64,000 nt of DNA from Bacteroidota bacterium (lineage in GTDB: Bacteria > Bacteroidota > Bacteroidia > JACPRZ01): positions 33,109-97,108 of the forward strand of contig JACPRZ010000012.1 in assembly GCA_016193485.1 (NCBI GenBank), read 5' to 3'. The notes below the pieces were generated by a model that did no database searches, was not told where the DNA came from, and saw only the letters and a list, made by a program, of their open reading frames with translations. Shown here piece after piece: positions 27,654-38,198 of the stretch (its first letter is position 1; every line of letters starts with the position of its first letter). The translations under genes were made by a program, and so were the position numbers.

Positions 27654-29615
27654 ATGATTAAAATCTCTTCAAATACGCTCACCGGTATTTTGTTGGGATG
27701 CATCCTGATTACCGGAGCAATTTTTCGGTTCTGCGGTTACTCGGATTTTCCGCTGAACGGTGATGAACTTGGCGCATTGAGCCGGCTCCGGTTTTCTTCA
27801 TTTGCGGATCTGATTGAACAGGGCGTGAAAACTGACGGGCACCCTCCTCTGGTGCTGGTTTTTCTTTTTTACTGGACGAAAATATTTGAATTATCAGAAG
27901 CGGCAATACGTTTCCCTTTTGCTTTGTGCGGTATTTTCAGCATTTATTTCCTGTACCTCATTGGCGCCTTCTGGTTTAACCGCACTACAGGTCTTCTTGC
28001 AGCAGCCGCTCTCGCCACACTGGAATTTCCTTTGATATATACGCAGATTGCGCGGCCTTATGCACCGGGTTTGCTCTTTACGCTGATGAACACCTGGTTC
28101 TGGACCAAACTTCTTTTTGATGATAAATCACAAAAAAAAAGCAGCGCTATTTTATACGGAATAACCGCTTCCCTTTGCATGCTCACTCATTACTTCAGTT
28201 TTCTTTCGGTCGTGATTGCCGGATTATCCGGGCTTCTGTTTGTTAAACGAGAAACAATAAAATATTATCTCATAGGGGGGGGAATCGCTTTTCTTCTTTT
28301 TATTCCCGCGCTGGATGTATTTTATTACCAGTTTTTTGTTGTAGGGGGATGGGGATGGCTCAGCAAACCAGAACCCGGTTTTTTTTGGAAATACCTTTTT
28401 ATTTTCTTTAACAACTCCGTTTTCCTTGCATATTTTGTCGGTACTGTTTCTCTCTCCTCCCTAGTAATAAACTCTACACGGATAAAATTTTCCCGGTTTC
28501 ATGCCATTTCCCTGCTTTGGTTCCTCCTGCCCTGTTTTATTGGTTATTATTATTCAATTTACCGGAATCCCGTACTTCAGGATAAACTCCTGTTATTCTC
28601 TTTTCCGTTTCTTCTTCTTTTTCTGTTCTCTTTTTTCCGCATTGAGGAAAACAGGTTTATTTATTCAGGAATCGTTTTAGGAGTTCTTGCTGTGTTTTCA
28701 TACAATACAGCAGGTATCAATAGTTTTTTTTCAAAACGGCATTTTGACGAGTTCACCGATGTAGCCCATAAAACCATTGAATATATTGACAAATATGGCG
28801 AACAAAACATCACGCGTACCATAAATGTTTTCGACCCATACTATATAAATTATTACTTCGACCGCCTCGGTCGCAAGGTTACATATTCCAATTATCAGAT
28901 TGGCGGTCCGGAAAATTTTCTGCGCTTTGATTCTCTATGCCGGAAAAGTTCCACTCCTTATTTTCTTTTTTCGTGGTGGGGTACATTGACTCCCTGCGAA
29001 ATTCTGCAAATAATCCGGCAATATTTTCCTTATACGGTTCATAAAGAATTTTTCGAACGTACGGAAATATATCTTTTTGCGAAGGAAAAATCCAACTCCT
29101 CGCTGCCCGATAAAATTGTATTCCGCACTCTGAATAATTTTGAGGCAAACCCTCCTATGTGGAGTACGAATGATTCTGCACAGGCCAGTTCCTTATCATG
29201 GAGTGGAACAAAAGCGGCAAAAGTCAATGCAACGTATCCTTATAGCCCAACTTTTTCGGCACAAGCAACGCAGGTACTTAAATCGGTGGATGATATTATT
29301 TATGCCGGAGTGCGGGTGCGGATGAACCGTCCGGGCAATTCCGATATAAAACTGTGCATTTCTTTTGAGGAAAAGAATGGAATATATGGGTGGCACGATA
29401 TTGCATTGAGTAACTTTGTTGATTCTGGCGATGTCTGGAGAAAGGCATTTATTCATAGCAGGGTTCCTAAACTAAAATCAAAAAACGATATTATTAAAAT
29501 ATTTGTCTGGAGTGCGGGTGGTAATGAATGTGTCCTGGATGATTTTGAAGTTTGGATTGAAGAAGGAAATCCGGTTTTGTGGGGAAAGCGCTCCGATCAT
29601 GGTATGCTTGATTAA
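27654..29615 (+). CDS. GT-C fold membrane glycosyltransferase, PMT/ArnT (GT39/GT83)-like, paralog 1, with ~250-aa C-terminal soluble domain
   Basis: 653 aa with ~11 TM helices. Loop-1 DE motif (NGDELGAL) and HPPL motif as in Dol-P-Man/undecaprenyl-P-sugar GT-C enzymes. Conserved C-terminal domain (YPYSPTFSAQA...IKIFVWS). Confidence 0.7.
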   Translation: MIKISSNTLTGILLGCILITGAIFRFCGYSDFPLNGDELGALSRLRFSSFADLIEQGVKTDGHPPLVLVFLFYWTKIFELSEAAIRFPFALCGIFSIYFLYLIGAFWFNRTTGLLAAAALATLEFPLIYTQIARPYAPGLLFTLMNTWFWTKLLFDDKSQKKSSAILYGITASLCMLTHYFSFLSVVIAGLSGLLFVKRETIKYYLIGGGIAFLLFIPALDVFYYQFFVVGGWGWLSKPEPGFFWKYLFIFFNNSVFLAYFVGTVSLSSLVINSTRIKFSRFHAISLLWFLLPCFIGYYYSIYRNPVLQDKLLLFSFPFLLLFLFSFFRIEENRFIYSGIVLGVLAVFSYNTAGINSFFSKRHFDEFTDVAHKTIEYIDKYGEQNITRTINVFDPYYINYYFDRLGRKVTYSNYQIGGPENFLRFDSLCRKSSTPYFLFSWWGTLTPCEILQIIRQYFPYTVHKEFFERTEIYLFAKEKSNSSLPDKIVFRTLNNFEANPPMWSTNDSAQASSLSWSGTKAAKVNATYPYSPTFSAQATQVLKSVDDIIYAGVRVRMNRPGNSDIKLCISFEEKNGIYGWHDIALSNFVDSGDVWRKAFIHSRVPKLKSKNDIIKIFVWSAGGNECVLDDFEVWIEEGNPVLWGKRSDHGMLD

Positions 29616-29628
29616 TCGCTGTCTGACC

Positions 29629-31596
29629 ATGAAACAATCTGTTGGAAAATCAGATAATATTATTTTATTTCTTATCCTGCTCCTGGGTGCTGGTTTGCGA
29701 TTTTACGGATTTGCCGATTTTTCCCTCAGCAATGATGAACTGAGTGCGCTTAACCGCCTTCAGTATGATACGTTCGGAGAACTGATTGAAAAGGGAGTGA
29801 AAATTGACGGACACCCGCCTCTCGTACAGGTATTTCTTTATTACTGGACAAAAATTTTCGGTTTTTCGGAAGTATCCGTACGGCTTCCGTTTATTGTGTG
29901 CGGTATTATCAGCATTTATTTCCTTTACTGCATAGGATCGTTCTGGTTCAATCCTGCAACCGGACTTCTTGCGGCTGCCGCTCTCGCATCACTTGAATAC
30001 CCGCTTATGTATACCCAGATAGCAAGACCGTATAGCCCCGGTTTGTTGTTTACCCTGATGAATACATGGTTCTGGACTAAACTCCTTTTTGATAAAGATT
30101 CACCGAAATTCAGAACGGCAGTTTTTTATGGAATTACTGGTTCCTTATGCATGGCGACCCATTATTTCAGTTTTTTATCTGCTCTGATTACGGGTCTAAC
30201 CGGCTTATTTTTCCTGAGACGAAGCATTTTTAAATATTACATGATAGGGGGGGGTATCTCATTCCTTCTTTTTATTCCTGCCCTGGGAGTATTTTACCAC
30301 CAGTTTTTCGAAATAGGCGGTTTGGGTGGACCAACGGGCTGGCTTGGAAAACCCAAACCCGATTTTTTCCGGAAGTTCCTGTTTGAATGTTTTAATAACT
30401 CAAAATTACTCACTTTTCTTGTTACTTTTGCTTCCCTGACGTCTCTTGCGGTTTATCTTAAAGAGATCAGGTTTTCAAGATTTCACTTTCTGTGTATACT
30501 TTGGTTCCTCCTGCCTTATTTTATCGGATACTATTATTCCATTTACCGAAGCGCTGTGCTGCAGGATAAACTTCTGCTTTTTTCCTTTCCTTTTCTCCTG
30601 CTCTTTTTATTTTCTTTTTTCAGAGACGGGAAAAAACGCATTGTTAAAACAGGGATCATAATATGTGCGATGGGTGTTTTTGTAATTTCAACAGTAGTCA
30701 TAAACCGGTATTTTTCCACCCAGCATTTCGACCAGTTTAATACTGTTGCCCGGAAAACAGTTGAGTACATTGACCGGTATGGCGAACAGAACATTGTTAA
30801 GACCGTTAATGTCCACGGGCCCTATTACATCAACTATTACCTGAACCGGTTGGGCCGGAAAGTTGATTATATCAGTTACCGCAATGATGCGCAGGAAAGT
30901 TTTCTGAGATTTGATTCAATATGCAGAAATAGTTCCGCTGCCTATTTCCTCTATTCCTGGGCAAGTACTTTCAGTCCATGTGAAATCATCCAGGTCATAA
31001 AGGAATATTATCCTTTTACGGTTCACAAAGAACTTTATAACCGCTCTGAAATTTACCTTTTTGGCAGAAAAGAACCGCCCGGATATGTTACTGACACCCC
31101 GTTTTTTGTATCGCTGAATGATTTTGAAAGCGGTCCTGAAAACTGGAGCCGGGATGATTCCGCTCTGACCGGAAGATATTTTTGGAGCGGGGTTAAATCT
31201 GCCAAAGTAAATTCGAAATACCCTTACAGCCCTACATTTTCAGCGCAGGCGCATAAGATTCTTCATTCGGTGGATGATATTATTTATGCCGGAGTGCGGT
31301 TCCGAATGGAGAATATCCGGGCGGATGTAAAAATCTGCATTGCTTTTGAAGAGAACAACAAAGTTTATGAATGGCACGACATGGCCTTGAACCGGTTTTC
31401 CGATTCAGCAGGAGTTTGGAAAAATGCATATATTCATTCCCGGGTTCCTGAATTAAAATCAAAAAACGACATTATTAAAATATTTGTATGGAGCATTGAC
31501 GGCAGCGAAGTTTTCCTTGATGACTTTAAAGTGTGGGTTGAAAAGGGAAATACTATCCTCTATGGCAGACGGTTGGATCACGATATTTTAGAATGA
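29629..31596 (+). CDS. GT-C fold membrane glycosyltransferase, paralog 2 (~75% identical to paralog 1)
   Basis: ORF 29503..31596. Start assigned to the internal MKQSVGKSDNIILFLILLLGAG, immediately after the paralog 1 stop. Same motif set (SNDELSAL, DGHPPL). Confidence 0.7.
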   Translation: MKQSVGKSDNIILFLILLLGAGLRFYGFADFSLSNDELSALNRLQYDTFGELIEKGVKIDGHPPLVQVFLYYWTKIFGFSEVSVRLPFIVCGIISIYFLYCIGSFWFNPATGLLAAAALASLEYPLMYTQIARPYSPGLLFTLMNTWFWTKLLFDKDSPKFRTAVFYGITGSLCMATHYFSFLSALITGLTGLFFLRRSIFKYYMIGGGISFLLFIPALGVFYHQFFEIGGLGGPTGWLGKPKPDFFRKFLFECFNNSKLLTFLVTFASLTSLAVYLKEIRFSRFHFLCILWFLLPYFIGYYYSIYRSAVLQDKLLLFSFPFLLLFLFSFFRDGKKRIVKTGIIICAMGVFVISTVVINRYFSTQHFDQFNTVARKTVEYIDRYGEQNIVKTVNVHGPYYINYYLNRLGRKVDYISYRNDAQESFLRFDSICRNSSAAYFLYSWASTFSPCEIIQVIKEYYPFTVHKELYNRSEIYLFGRKEPPGYVTDTPFFVSLNDFESGPENWSRDDSALTGRYFWSGVKSAKVNSKYPYSPTFSAQAHKILHSVDDIIYAGVRFRMENIRADVKICIAFEENNKVYEWHDMALNRFSDSAGVWKNAYIHSRVPELKSKNDIIKIFVWSIDGSEVFLDDFKVWVEKGNTILYGRRLDHDILE

Positions 31597-31629
31597 TGGC
31601 TGGAATCCGATGGATTCCGTTTCTCCAGA

Positions 31630-33690
31630 ATGTTCAGGAAAACTATAGAATATTATTCACTACAGGCAAGCATCTATTATGTTTTGTTTGCAATCATCCT
31701 TGTGGCGGGTGCGTTTATGCGTTTTTATGCAAGTTACAATTTCAGTTTTTCAAATGATGAACTCGGGTCGTTGATGCGGCTGAATTTTGCCTCGCTCCCG
31801 GAAGTGATTGAACAGGGCATTAAAAAAGGGGATACTCATCCCCCCCTTTTATTGGTTTTTTTATTCTTCTGGACGAAAATATCCGGGACTTCCGAATTCA
31901 TGGTAAGGTTGCCCTTTGCGGTTGCAGGTACTTTGGCAATTTTTTATGCATGGAGGATCGGTTTAAAATGGTTTCATCCCGCAACAGCCCTTCTTTCAGC
32001 GGCAGGAATCGCTTTTCTTGAATTTCCGCTGCATGTTTCCTATCTTATCCGTCCCTATAGCCCCGGTTTACTCTTTTTTTTAATGAATGTATATTATTGG
32101 ACCAATCTGCTTTTTGAAGAAGGCCTGCAAAAAAGGAAAACAGCAATTCTCTACGGGGTCACCGCTGCGCTATGTATGTATTCCCATTATTTCAGTTTTT
32201 TGTCCGCTTTAATTACCGGTTTAACGGGATTTATTTTCTTAAATCGGAAGAACATTAAATATTATCTATTAGGGGGATTACTGGCAATTATTCTTTACCT
32301 TCCGTCCTTTACCATCTTCTGGCATCATTTTTTTATTGCGAAAGGACTTGAAACAACAATTCCGGGCGGTGATGAATACATGGCGCTGATGTCTTCCGGT
32401 GAAACAATGTCAATCAGGTTACATTCATGGCTTCAAAAACCCACCCCCTCTTTTTTTCCTAAATTTATCTTTTATGCTTTTAATTCCTCTGTCACGGTTC
32501 TCTCGGTTACCGGAATAATTTGCCTTGTGCTCCTGTTGTTTAACCGGCAGATCATGAGGATATCAAAATTTCAAATGATCTCCCTGGCATGGTTCCTGCT
32601 TCCCTTTATTACCGGTTATTTCTATTCGGTTTACCGCAGCGCCATTCTACAGGAAAAGGTCCTGGTTTTTTCGTTTCCATTTCTTCTTTTATTCCTCTTT
32701 TCTTTTTTTAAGGATATCCGGATTAAGAATTTCACTCCGGGAATTTCATTGCTGATCAGTGGAGTTTTTTTTTGCAGTACCATTCTTGAAAAGGAATATT
32801 TTATTCCGCTCAATTTTGACCAGTTTCGCAATGCCGCCAGCCGGATAATAAAACACCTTGATGAAAGGGGTGAAAAAAATGTGACACGGACGGTAAATGT
32901 CTCGCACCGGTTTTATATTGAGCACTATCTTAAACGATTCGGAAGCGCAGTATCTTTCGCAAGTTACCGGAATGAGAGGGAGGAGAGTTTTTTACCATAT
33001 AAAGCAATTCTGCGGCAAAGTACTACCCCGTTTTTTCTTCATGCATGGACTAATTTCCAGAATCGCTGGGAAGTAATACCCATGATCCGGGAATTTTATC
33101 CCTATACAATTTCAAAGAACTTATTCTTTTGCTCTGAAGTTTATTTGTTTTCCCGTGAAAAACCCGCAAATTACGTCTCCGAGCCGTTTGTATTTTTCAG
33201 TTGTAATACGTTTGATTCGTTACCGGCTTTCTGGAGTCCTGCCGATTCGGTACGTTCCGATTCAGTTGCTTTTAATGGAAAATTCTCTGCATCGGTAGAT
33301 CCGCGGTTTCCTTTCAGCCCCACTTTTTCCTGCCATGCTGAAACTATTTTTAATTCCGTTGATGATATTCTGTACGCACGTGTAACTGCGCGGATGACAT
33401 CTGTCCGGGAAGAAGTGAAACTTTGTATTTCATTTGAGGATACAAATGGAATATATTCCTGGCATGATATACTGTTATATCACTTTATTGATTCAGCCGG
33501 TAAATGGGATAATGTCTACCTCAGTACCTTTGTTCCCCGGCTGCATTCAAAAAGCGATCACATAAGAATTTTTGTCTGGAACCTGGGCAAAGTACCGGTT
33601 CATATTGACAATTTTACCGTATGGGTTGAAAAAGGAAATCCTGTTGTTTATGGGAAACGAAAAGACCGGAACATTCTCAGTGAACAATAG
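31630..33690 (+). CDS. GT-C fold membrane glycosyltransferase, paralog 3 (more divergent)
   Basis: 686 aa with the same architecture and motifs (SNDELGSL, THPPL). The C-terminal domain is conserved. Confidence 0.7.
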   Translation: MFRKTIEYYSLQASIYYVLFAIILVAGAFMRFYASYNFSFSNDELGSLMRLNFASLPEVIEQGIKKGDTHPPLLLVFLFFWTKISGTSEFMVRLPFAVAGTLAIFYAWRIGLKWFHPATALLSAAGIAFLEFPLHVSYLIRPYSPGLLFFLMNVYYWTNLLFEEGLQKRKTAILYGVTAALCMYSHYFSFLSALITGLTGFIFLNRKNIKYYLLGGLLAIILYLPSFTIFWHHFFIAKGLETTIPGGDEYMALMSSGETMSIRLHSWLQKPTPSFFPKFIFYAFNSSVTVLSVTGIICLVLLLFNRQIMRISKFQMISLAWFLLPFITGYFYSVYRSAILQEKVLVFSFPFLLLFLFSFFKDIRIKNFTPGISLLISGVFFCSTILEKEYFIPLNFDQFRNAASRIIKHLDERGEKNVTRTVNVSHRFYIEHYLKRFGSAVSFASYRNEREESFLPYKAILRQSTTPFFLHAWTNFQNRWEVIPMIREFYPYTISKNLFFCSEVYLFSREKPANYVSEPFVFFSCNTFDSLPAFWSPADSVRSDSVAFNGKFSASVDPRFPFSPTFSCHAETIFNSVDDILYARVTARMTSVREEVKLCISFEDTNGIYSWHDILLYHFIDSAGKWDNVYLSTFVPRLHSKSDHIRIFVWNLGKVPVHIDNFTVWVEKGNPVVYGKRKDRNILSEQ

Positions 33691-33714
33691 TTTACCGTAA
33701 ATTTGCAATGTTCA

Positions 33715-33789
33715 GGGCAATTAGCTCAGTTGGTTCAGAGCACTGCTTTCACACGGCAGGGGTCGCAGGTTCAACTCCTGCATTGCCCA
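33715..33789 (+). tRNA. tRNA-Val (anticodon CAC)
   Basis: Cloverleaf by manual folding. Acceptor stem GGGCAAT/ATTGCCC, D-arm GCTC..GAGC, anticodon stem CTGCT/GGCAG with loop TTCACAC (U33, A37), T-arm GCAGG-TTCAACT-CCTGC, discriminator A. No encoded CCA. Confidence 0.8.
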
Positions 33790-33842
33790 CCTTTAAAAAA
33801 ATAAAAATCCCAAAATTTATAAATCCTCAATCTCCATTTTAT

Positions 33843-36023
33843 ATGAAAAACACATTCTATTTACCACTTATTCCGTTTATCTTATCGGGATTCTTTTGCA
33901 AAGCCCAGATATCAATAACAGGGATAAATGACACCGTAACCATTGACTTTACCGGGTTTACCGCAGCCGGGTTCGCTCCGGCACCTGCTGCAGGGCAACT
34001 CAGTTCAAATGACTGGGCTGTACGCGGATTTAGCCAGGATACCCTTCTTGATTTCGGTGAAACGGCAACTACCGGTGATTTTGCCCGCGGCATTTCAACC
34101 GGCAGTGTGAACACCGGTGGCATTTATGCTTTTGACGTTGGGGGGGGGAATGCAATTTTCGGTGTTCAGCCAACCGATAATGATTTCACACCTGGCAGTG
34201 TAACCCTGAAAATTCAGAACAATACGGGTGTACCTGTCACGGATTTTGAAATTGAATATGCAATATGGTGTTACAATGACCAGAACCGGTCAAACTCCCT
34301 CAACTTTTCGTGGTCATCGGATAACATTACGTACTCGCTGGTGCCGCCACTTAATTTTGCTACCCCTCAACCGCTTGACAGCCCCGCTTCGTGGGTTTCG
34401 ACTTATATGGCGACTCTCATCACCGGATTAAATCTTGCAAACGGTTCATATTTTTATCTGCGGTGGAGCGGCAATGATGCAGGCGGCTCCGGTTCAAGGG
34501 ATGAGTATGGGGTTGATAATATTAAGATTATTGCAGGGGCTCCTTTAGTCAACGCTGACTTCTCTGCAACAGATATTTGTATTGGAGATTTCGTTTATTT
34601 CACCGATAATTCCACAACTGTCACCGGTTCTATTATTTCATGGCAATGGTATTTCGGCAACGGTGACTCATCTTATCTTGCAAATCCTTTTTATTATTAT
34701 TCAACTTATGGTACTTATTATGTTACACTTATTGTAACTAATAATTCGGGCGATACGGACAGTGTAACAAAACCGGTAACGGTTTTCCCGGTACCTATTG
34801 CTGATTTCACCGCTGCAAATTTCTGCCAGGGTAGTCCGACTCAGTTTAACAACCTTTCCACTATCGCAAGCGGAACTATTGCCTTGTGGTCCTGGAATTT
34901 TGGCGACAGCACTTTTTCCACTACGTTGAATCCCTCGCATATTTATTCAGATACCGGGACTTTCACAGTCACCCTGACTGCAATTTCAGATAACGGATGT
35001 GCAGATTCCGTTTCATATTCCATAATTATCTACCCGGGACCAATTATAAATACTTCTGCGATGGTTATCCAGCACTCTGTGTGCAGCGGCAATAACGGTT
35101 CAATTTCAGGAATCACGGTATCCGGTACCGGACCTTTTTCTTATGAATGGGAGGACAGCAGCGGTAATGTTGCCGGAAATTCACTTGATATTGACAGTTT
35201 GAATCCGGGTATTTATTATCTTTCAGTAATGTCTTTATCATGTACATCGGGTGTTGTTACAGTCAATATCGGGGATTCCATTCCTGCACCTGCAGTGACC
35301 TTGACATCATCGGGTAATATCATCTGCGAAAACGACACAGTATTTTTTAATGCAGCGCCCGCGGGTTATGATAATTATGAATTTTTCCTGAACAGCAATT
35401 CGGTTCAATCCGGTGCAGGTAATTCATATTTCTCTTCTTCTCTTGCGGATGGGGATGAAATAGCAGTGGTATGTACTGACAACGGGTGTACTGCTCAGAG
35501 TTCACCGGTAGTTATTATGGTCAATCCGAATCCTGTTGCTGGTTTTACTTTTACAATTAGCGGTTCAACAGGCACTTTCACCAATACAACTTCAGGAGGA
35601 ACTCCCCCCCCGGTATATTCATGGGATTTCGGGGATGCTATGGGAACTTCCAATCTGTTCAACCCGGTTTATACCTATTCTTCAACCGGTTCGTATTTCG
35701 TTTGCCTGTCGGTGGATGACGGAGCAGGATGCTCCGGTATTTTCTGCGATACTGTGGATATTTCGGTCGGCATTAAAGAAAATGATTTTACGGATACCCG
35801 GTTCATTATTAAACCGGCAATGCAGGGGATTGTTATATTCTCACAAAAGGATAAAATAATCAAGGCCGAAGTAATAAACAGTGCAGGTATGAAAATTCAC
35901 ACTGCACAGGGAACTTCCGCCAATAACCTGTCCGTTCCGCTACCGGGTGCCGGTACCGGAATATATTATGTGAGGATATGGAGTCACGATGGCGAAATAA
36001 GAGCGCTGAAATTTATCCGGTGA
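33843..36023 (+). CDS. T9SS type A sorting-domain protein with PKD repeats
   Basis: ORF 33708 overlaps the tRNA. Real start at the internal MKNTFYLPLIPFILSGFFCKAQ. PKD-like repeats (WxFGDG..S.....H.Y...G.Y.V.L). C-terminal Por_Secre_tail (GIYYVRIWSHDGEIRALKFIR). Confidence 0.8.
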   Translation: MKNTFYLPLIPFILSGFFCKAQISITGINDTVTIDFTGFTAAGFAPAPAAGQLSSNDWAVRGFSQDTLLDFGETATTGDFARGISTGSVNTGGIYAFDVGGGNAIFGVQPTDNDFTPGSVTLKIQNNTGVPVTDFEIEYAIWCYNDQNRSNSLNFSWSSDNITYSLVPPLNFATPQPLDSPASWVSTYMATLITGLNLANGSYFYLRWSGNDAGGSGSRDEYGVDNIKIIAGAPLVNADFSATDICIGDFVYFTDNSTTVTGSIISWQWYFGNGDSSYLANPFYYYSTYGTYYVTLIVTNNSGDTDSVTKPVTVFPVPIADFTAANFCQGSPTQFNNLSTIASGTIALWSWNFGDSTFSTTLNPSHIYSDTGTFTVTLTAISDNGCADSVSYSIIIYPGPIINTSAMVIQHSVCSGNNGSISGITVSGTGPFSYEWEDSSGNVAGNSLDIDSLNPGIYYLSVMSLSCTSGVVTVNIGDSIPAPAVTLTSSGNIICENDTVFFNAAPAGYDNYEFFLNSNSVQSGAGNSYFSSSLADGDEIAVVCTDNGCTAQSSPVVIMVNPNPVAGFTFTISGSTGTFTNTTSGGTPPPVYSWDFGDAMGTSNLFNPVYTYSSTGSYFVCLSVDDGAGCSGIFCDTVDISVGIKENDFTDTRFIIKPAMQGIVIFSQKDKIIKAEVINSAGMKIHTAQGTSANNLSVPLPGAGTGIYYVRIWSHDGEIRALKFIR

Positions 36024-36026
36024 CTC

Positions 36027-37076
36027 TTACTGAACGATAAAAGGAATTTTTCTTATCGTTCCGTTCAATTCAACGAAGAGGATATAGGTTCCCTCCGCAT
36101 AACCCGAAACATCAAAAACGGTTGAGTAATTTCCCGTTCCCGGATGGACTCCGGTCATCTCAAGTAAACGTTGCCCCGCTGAGTTGATGCAGTTAAATTG
36201 CACCGATGATTGTCCCGTAACGTTATAATCAACCCGCACAAAGTCAATTACCGGGTTGGGAAAAAGAAGGAAAACGGGTAATTCTTTCTGTAGTTCATCG
36301 GCTCCTGCCACCGCCTTAGTATTCAGAAGGATTTTTGGAAATAAGGCCGTTCCGTTTACAGACACTAATTCAACATAAAAAACCGGAAATTTCATAGAGT
36401 CCTCATACCAGGAATAAACGGTTCGCGTTATGTTCGTAATAGAATCATCAGGCGGATTAAGGGATGTATCTGTTATGGTTTCAATCCATTTTACCCGGAG
36501 TAAACTGTCAAAAATATTACCCCCTACTTTAAGCGTGCCCCATCCGTCTGCATTGACTGCAACGGTTCCCTTCCTGTCCCAAATATAACCGTTTCCGTCA
36601 TCATAAACACAGTCAAAATTATCCGAATTAGTATAATTGAAGTTTACCGGGTAATTGAATAACCTTTCATTATTGGTGATGGAATAATTTATCTTGATAC
36701 TGCCCGATAATACCTCGCCATCAATACTGAGATTTCCACCGCTTGTTTTGTAATAAATATAATTATTGAAGGTTTTATTATATCCGGCAATCGATGACGT
36801 TGAAAAATCGTTTGCGTATGGCGTTGATGCCACCGTTTTAAATGTATATTGGGTGTCTGCTGCAGGGTTAAAAATAATTTTATTGCTGAAATCCCATACA
36901 TAACCGGTTCCGGTATTGCTGTAAACAGGTGGTGATCCTGATTCATAGCCCTGTTTGACAATCCAGATATCGCCTGTATCCGGATTATGAATAGCGGAAG
37001 TCAGTGATGGCGCCTGTGCGGAGACATTACCGGCAAGCATGACCGCTGATAAGAGGATATAGTACTTTTGTAACAT
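36027..37076 (-). CDS. T9SS C-terminal-domain secreted protein (function unknown)
   Basis: Start at the internal MLQKYYILLSAVMLAGNVSAQA (signal peptide). C-terminus EGTYILFVELNGTIRKIPFIVQ is typical of T9SS CTDs. Confidence 0.7.
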   Translation of the reverse strand: MLQKYYILLSAVMLAGNVSAQAPSLTSAIHNPDTGDIWIVKQGYESGSPPVYSNTGTGYVWDFSNKIIFNPAADTQYTFKTVASTPYANDFSTSSIAGYNKTFNNYIYYKTSGGNLSIDGEVLSGSIKINYSITNNERLFNYPVNFNYTNSDNFDCVYDDGNGYIWDRKGTVAVNADGWGTLKVGGNIFDSLLRVKWIETITDTSLNPPDDSITNITRTVYSWYEDSMKFPVFYVELVSVNGTALFPKILLNTKAVAGADELQKELPVFLLFPNPVIDFVRVDYNVTGQSSVQFNCINSAGQRLLEMTGVHPGTGNYSTVFDVSGYAEGTYILFVELNGTIRKIPFIVQ

Positions 37077-37172
37077 GGGAGTGAGATAAATAGTGAAAAA
37101 TTTTTTACAAATATAGCAATCTGAACCATATCGCTGATGAATGCTAAAGCATTTTCTGTTGATCTGGCTGCA

Positions 37173-38198
37173 ATGGCAGATACGATCACTCTCCAACGGG
37201 TCGTAAATTTCCTGAAATTGCTTTTTTCGTTCTATTTTTCGCGGCTGGCGGGTAAATCATTTGCGGCAGGAACTCCTTTTGCCGTTTCCATTGAGCCGAC
37301 AACCTCCTGCAATTTAAGATGCCCGGAATGTGTAAGCGGGTTGCGTTCTTTTACACGTCCGACCGGCATGATGAATATGGAAATGTACAGGAAAATAATG
37401 GATGAACTATCTCCTCATTTATTTTATCTTATTCTCTATTTCCAGGGCGAACCCTATCTTAACCTGAATTTTTTTGAGATGGTGAAATATGCAGGAAAGA
37501 AAAAGATTTACGTAGCAACTTCTACTAATGCTCATTATCTTGATGATGAGTATGCGCGGTTGACTGTTGAATCGGGATTGAACAGGATAATTATTTCGCT
37601 GGATGGCGCATCACAGGAATCGTACGAAAAATACCGCATCGGTGGTGACTTTGAAAAAGTGATTGCGGGAATTAAAAACTTAGTTGTGTGGAAAAACAAA
37701 CTCAAAAAACACACACCGAGGATCATTCTTCAATTTCTTGTTTTCAGGCATAATGAGGAAGAAGTTCCGGTCATTAAATCGCTCGGTAAGGAACTTGGAG
37801 TTGATGATGTATGGATAAAAACGGCACAGGTGTATGATTATGAAAACGGGAATCCATTGATTCCTTCCAATGAAAAAAATTCACGGTACAAAAGAAAAAA
37901 GGACGGAACTTATGATCTGAAGTATTCATCTCCCCCCTTTGGCGGATCCCGATATCTATCGGGGGGGGGCCATTGCTGGAAGATGTGGCATTCCTGCGTG
38001 ATTACCTGGGACGGAAGGGTAGTACCATGTTGCTTTGACAAGGATGCACGTCATCAACTCGGAACTTTGAAAGAAAAATATTTTAGGGAGATTTGGCGAA
38101 GTCCGGAGTACAATAACTTTCGCAGCCGGATTCTTCAAAAAAGAAGGGAAATAGATATATGTAAAAATTGTTCCGAAGGGACTAAGGTGTGGATATGA
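37173..38198 (+). CDS. Radical SAM / SPASM-domain enzyme (maturase-like)
   Basis: CNLRCPEC (CxxxCxxC) radical SAM cluster motif. C-terminal Cys-rich region (CW..HSCVITWDGRVVPCCFD...CKNC) is typical of SPASM/twitch auxiliary clusters. Start assumed at the internal MADTITLQ. Confidence 0.75.
   Translation: MADTITLQRVVNFLKLLFSFYFSRLAGKSFAAGTPFAVSIEPTTSCNLRCPECVSGLRSFTRPTGMMNMEMYRKIMDELSPHLFYLILYFQGEPYLNLNFFEMVKYAGKKKIYVATSTNAHYLDDEYARLTVESGLNRIIISLDGASQESYEKYRIGGDFEKVIAGIKNLVVWKNKLKKHTPRIILQFLVFRHNEEEVPVIKSLGKELGVDDVWIKTAQVYDYENGNPLIPSNEKNSRYKRKKDGTYDLKYSSPPFGGSRYLSGGGHCWKMWHSCVITWDGRVVPCCFDKDARHQLGTLKEKYFREIWRSPEYNNFRSRILQKRREIDICKNCSEGTKVWI

Noticed and set aside
33708-33842. 5' extension of the PKD/T9SS protein ORF across the tRNA-Val gene.
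   Set aside because: The extension overlaps a well-folded tRNA. The internal Met at 33843 begins a typical signal peptide.
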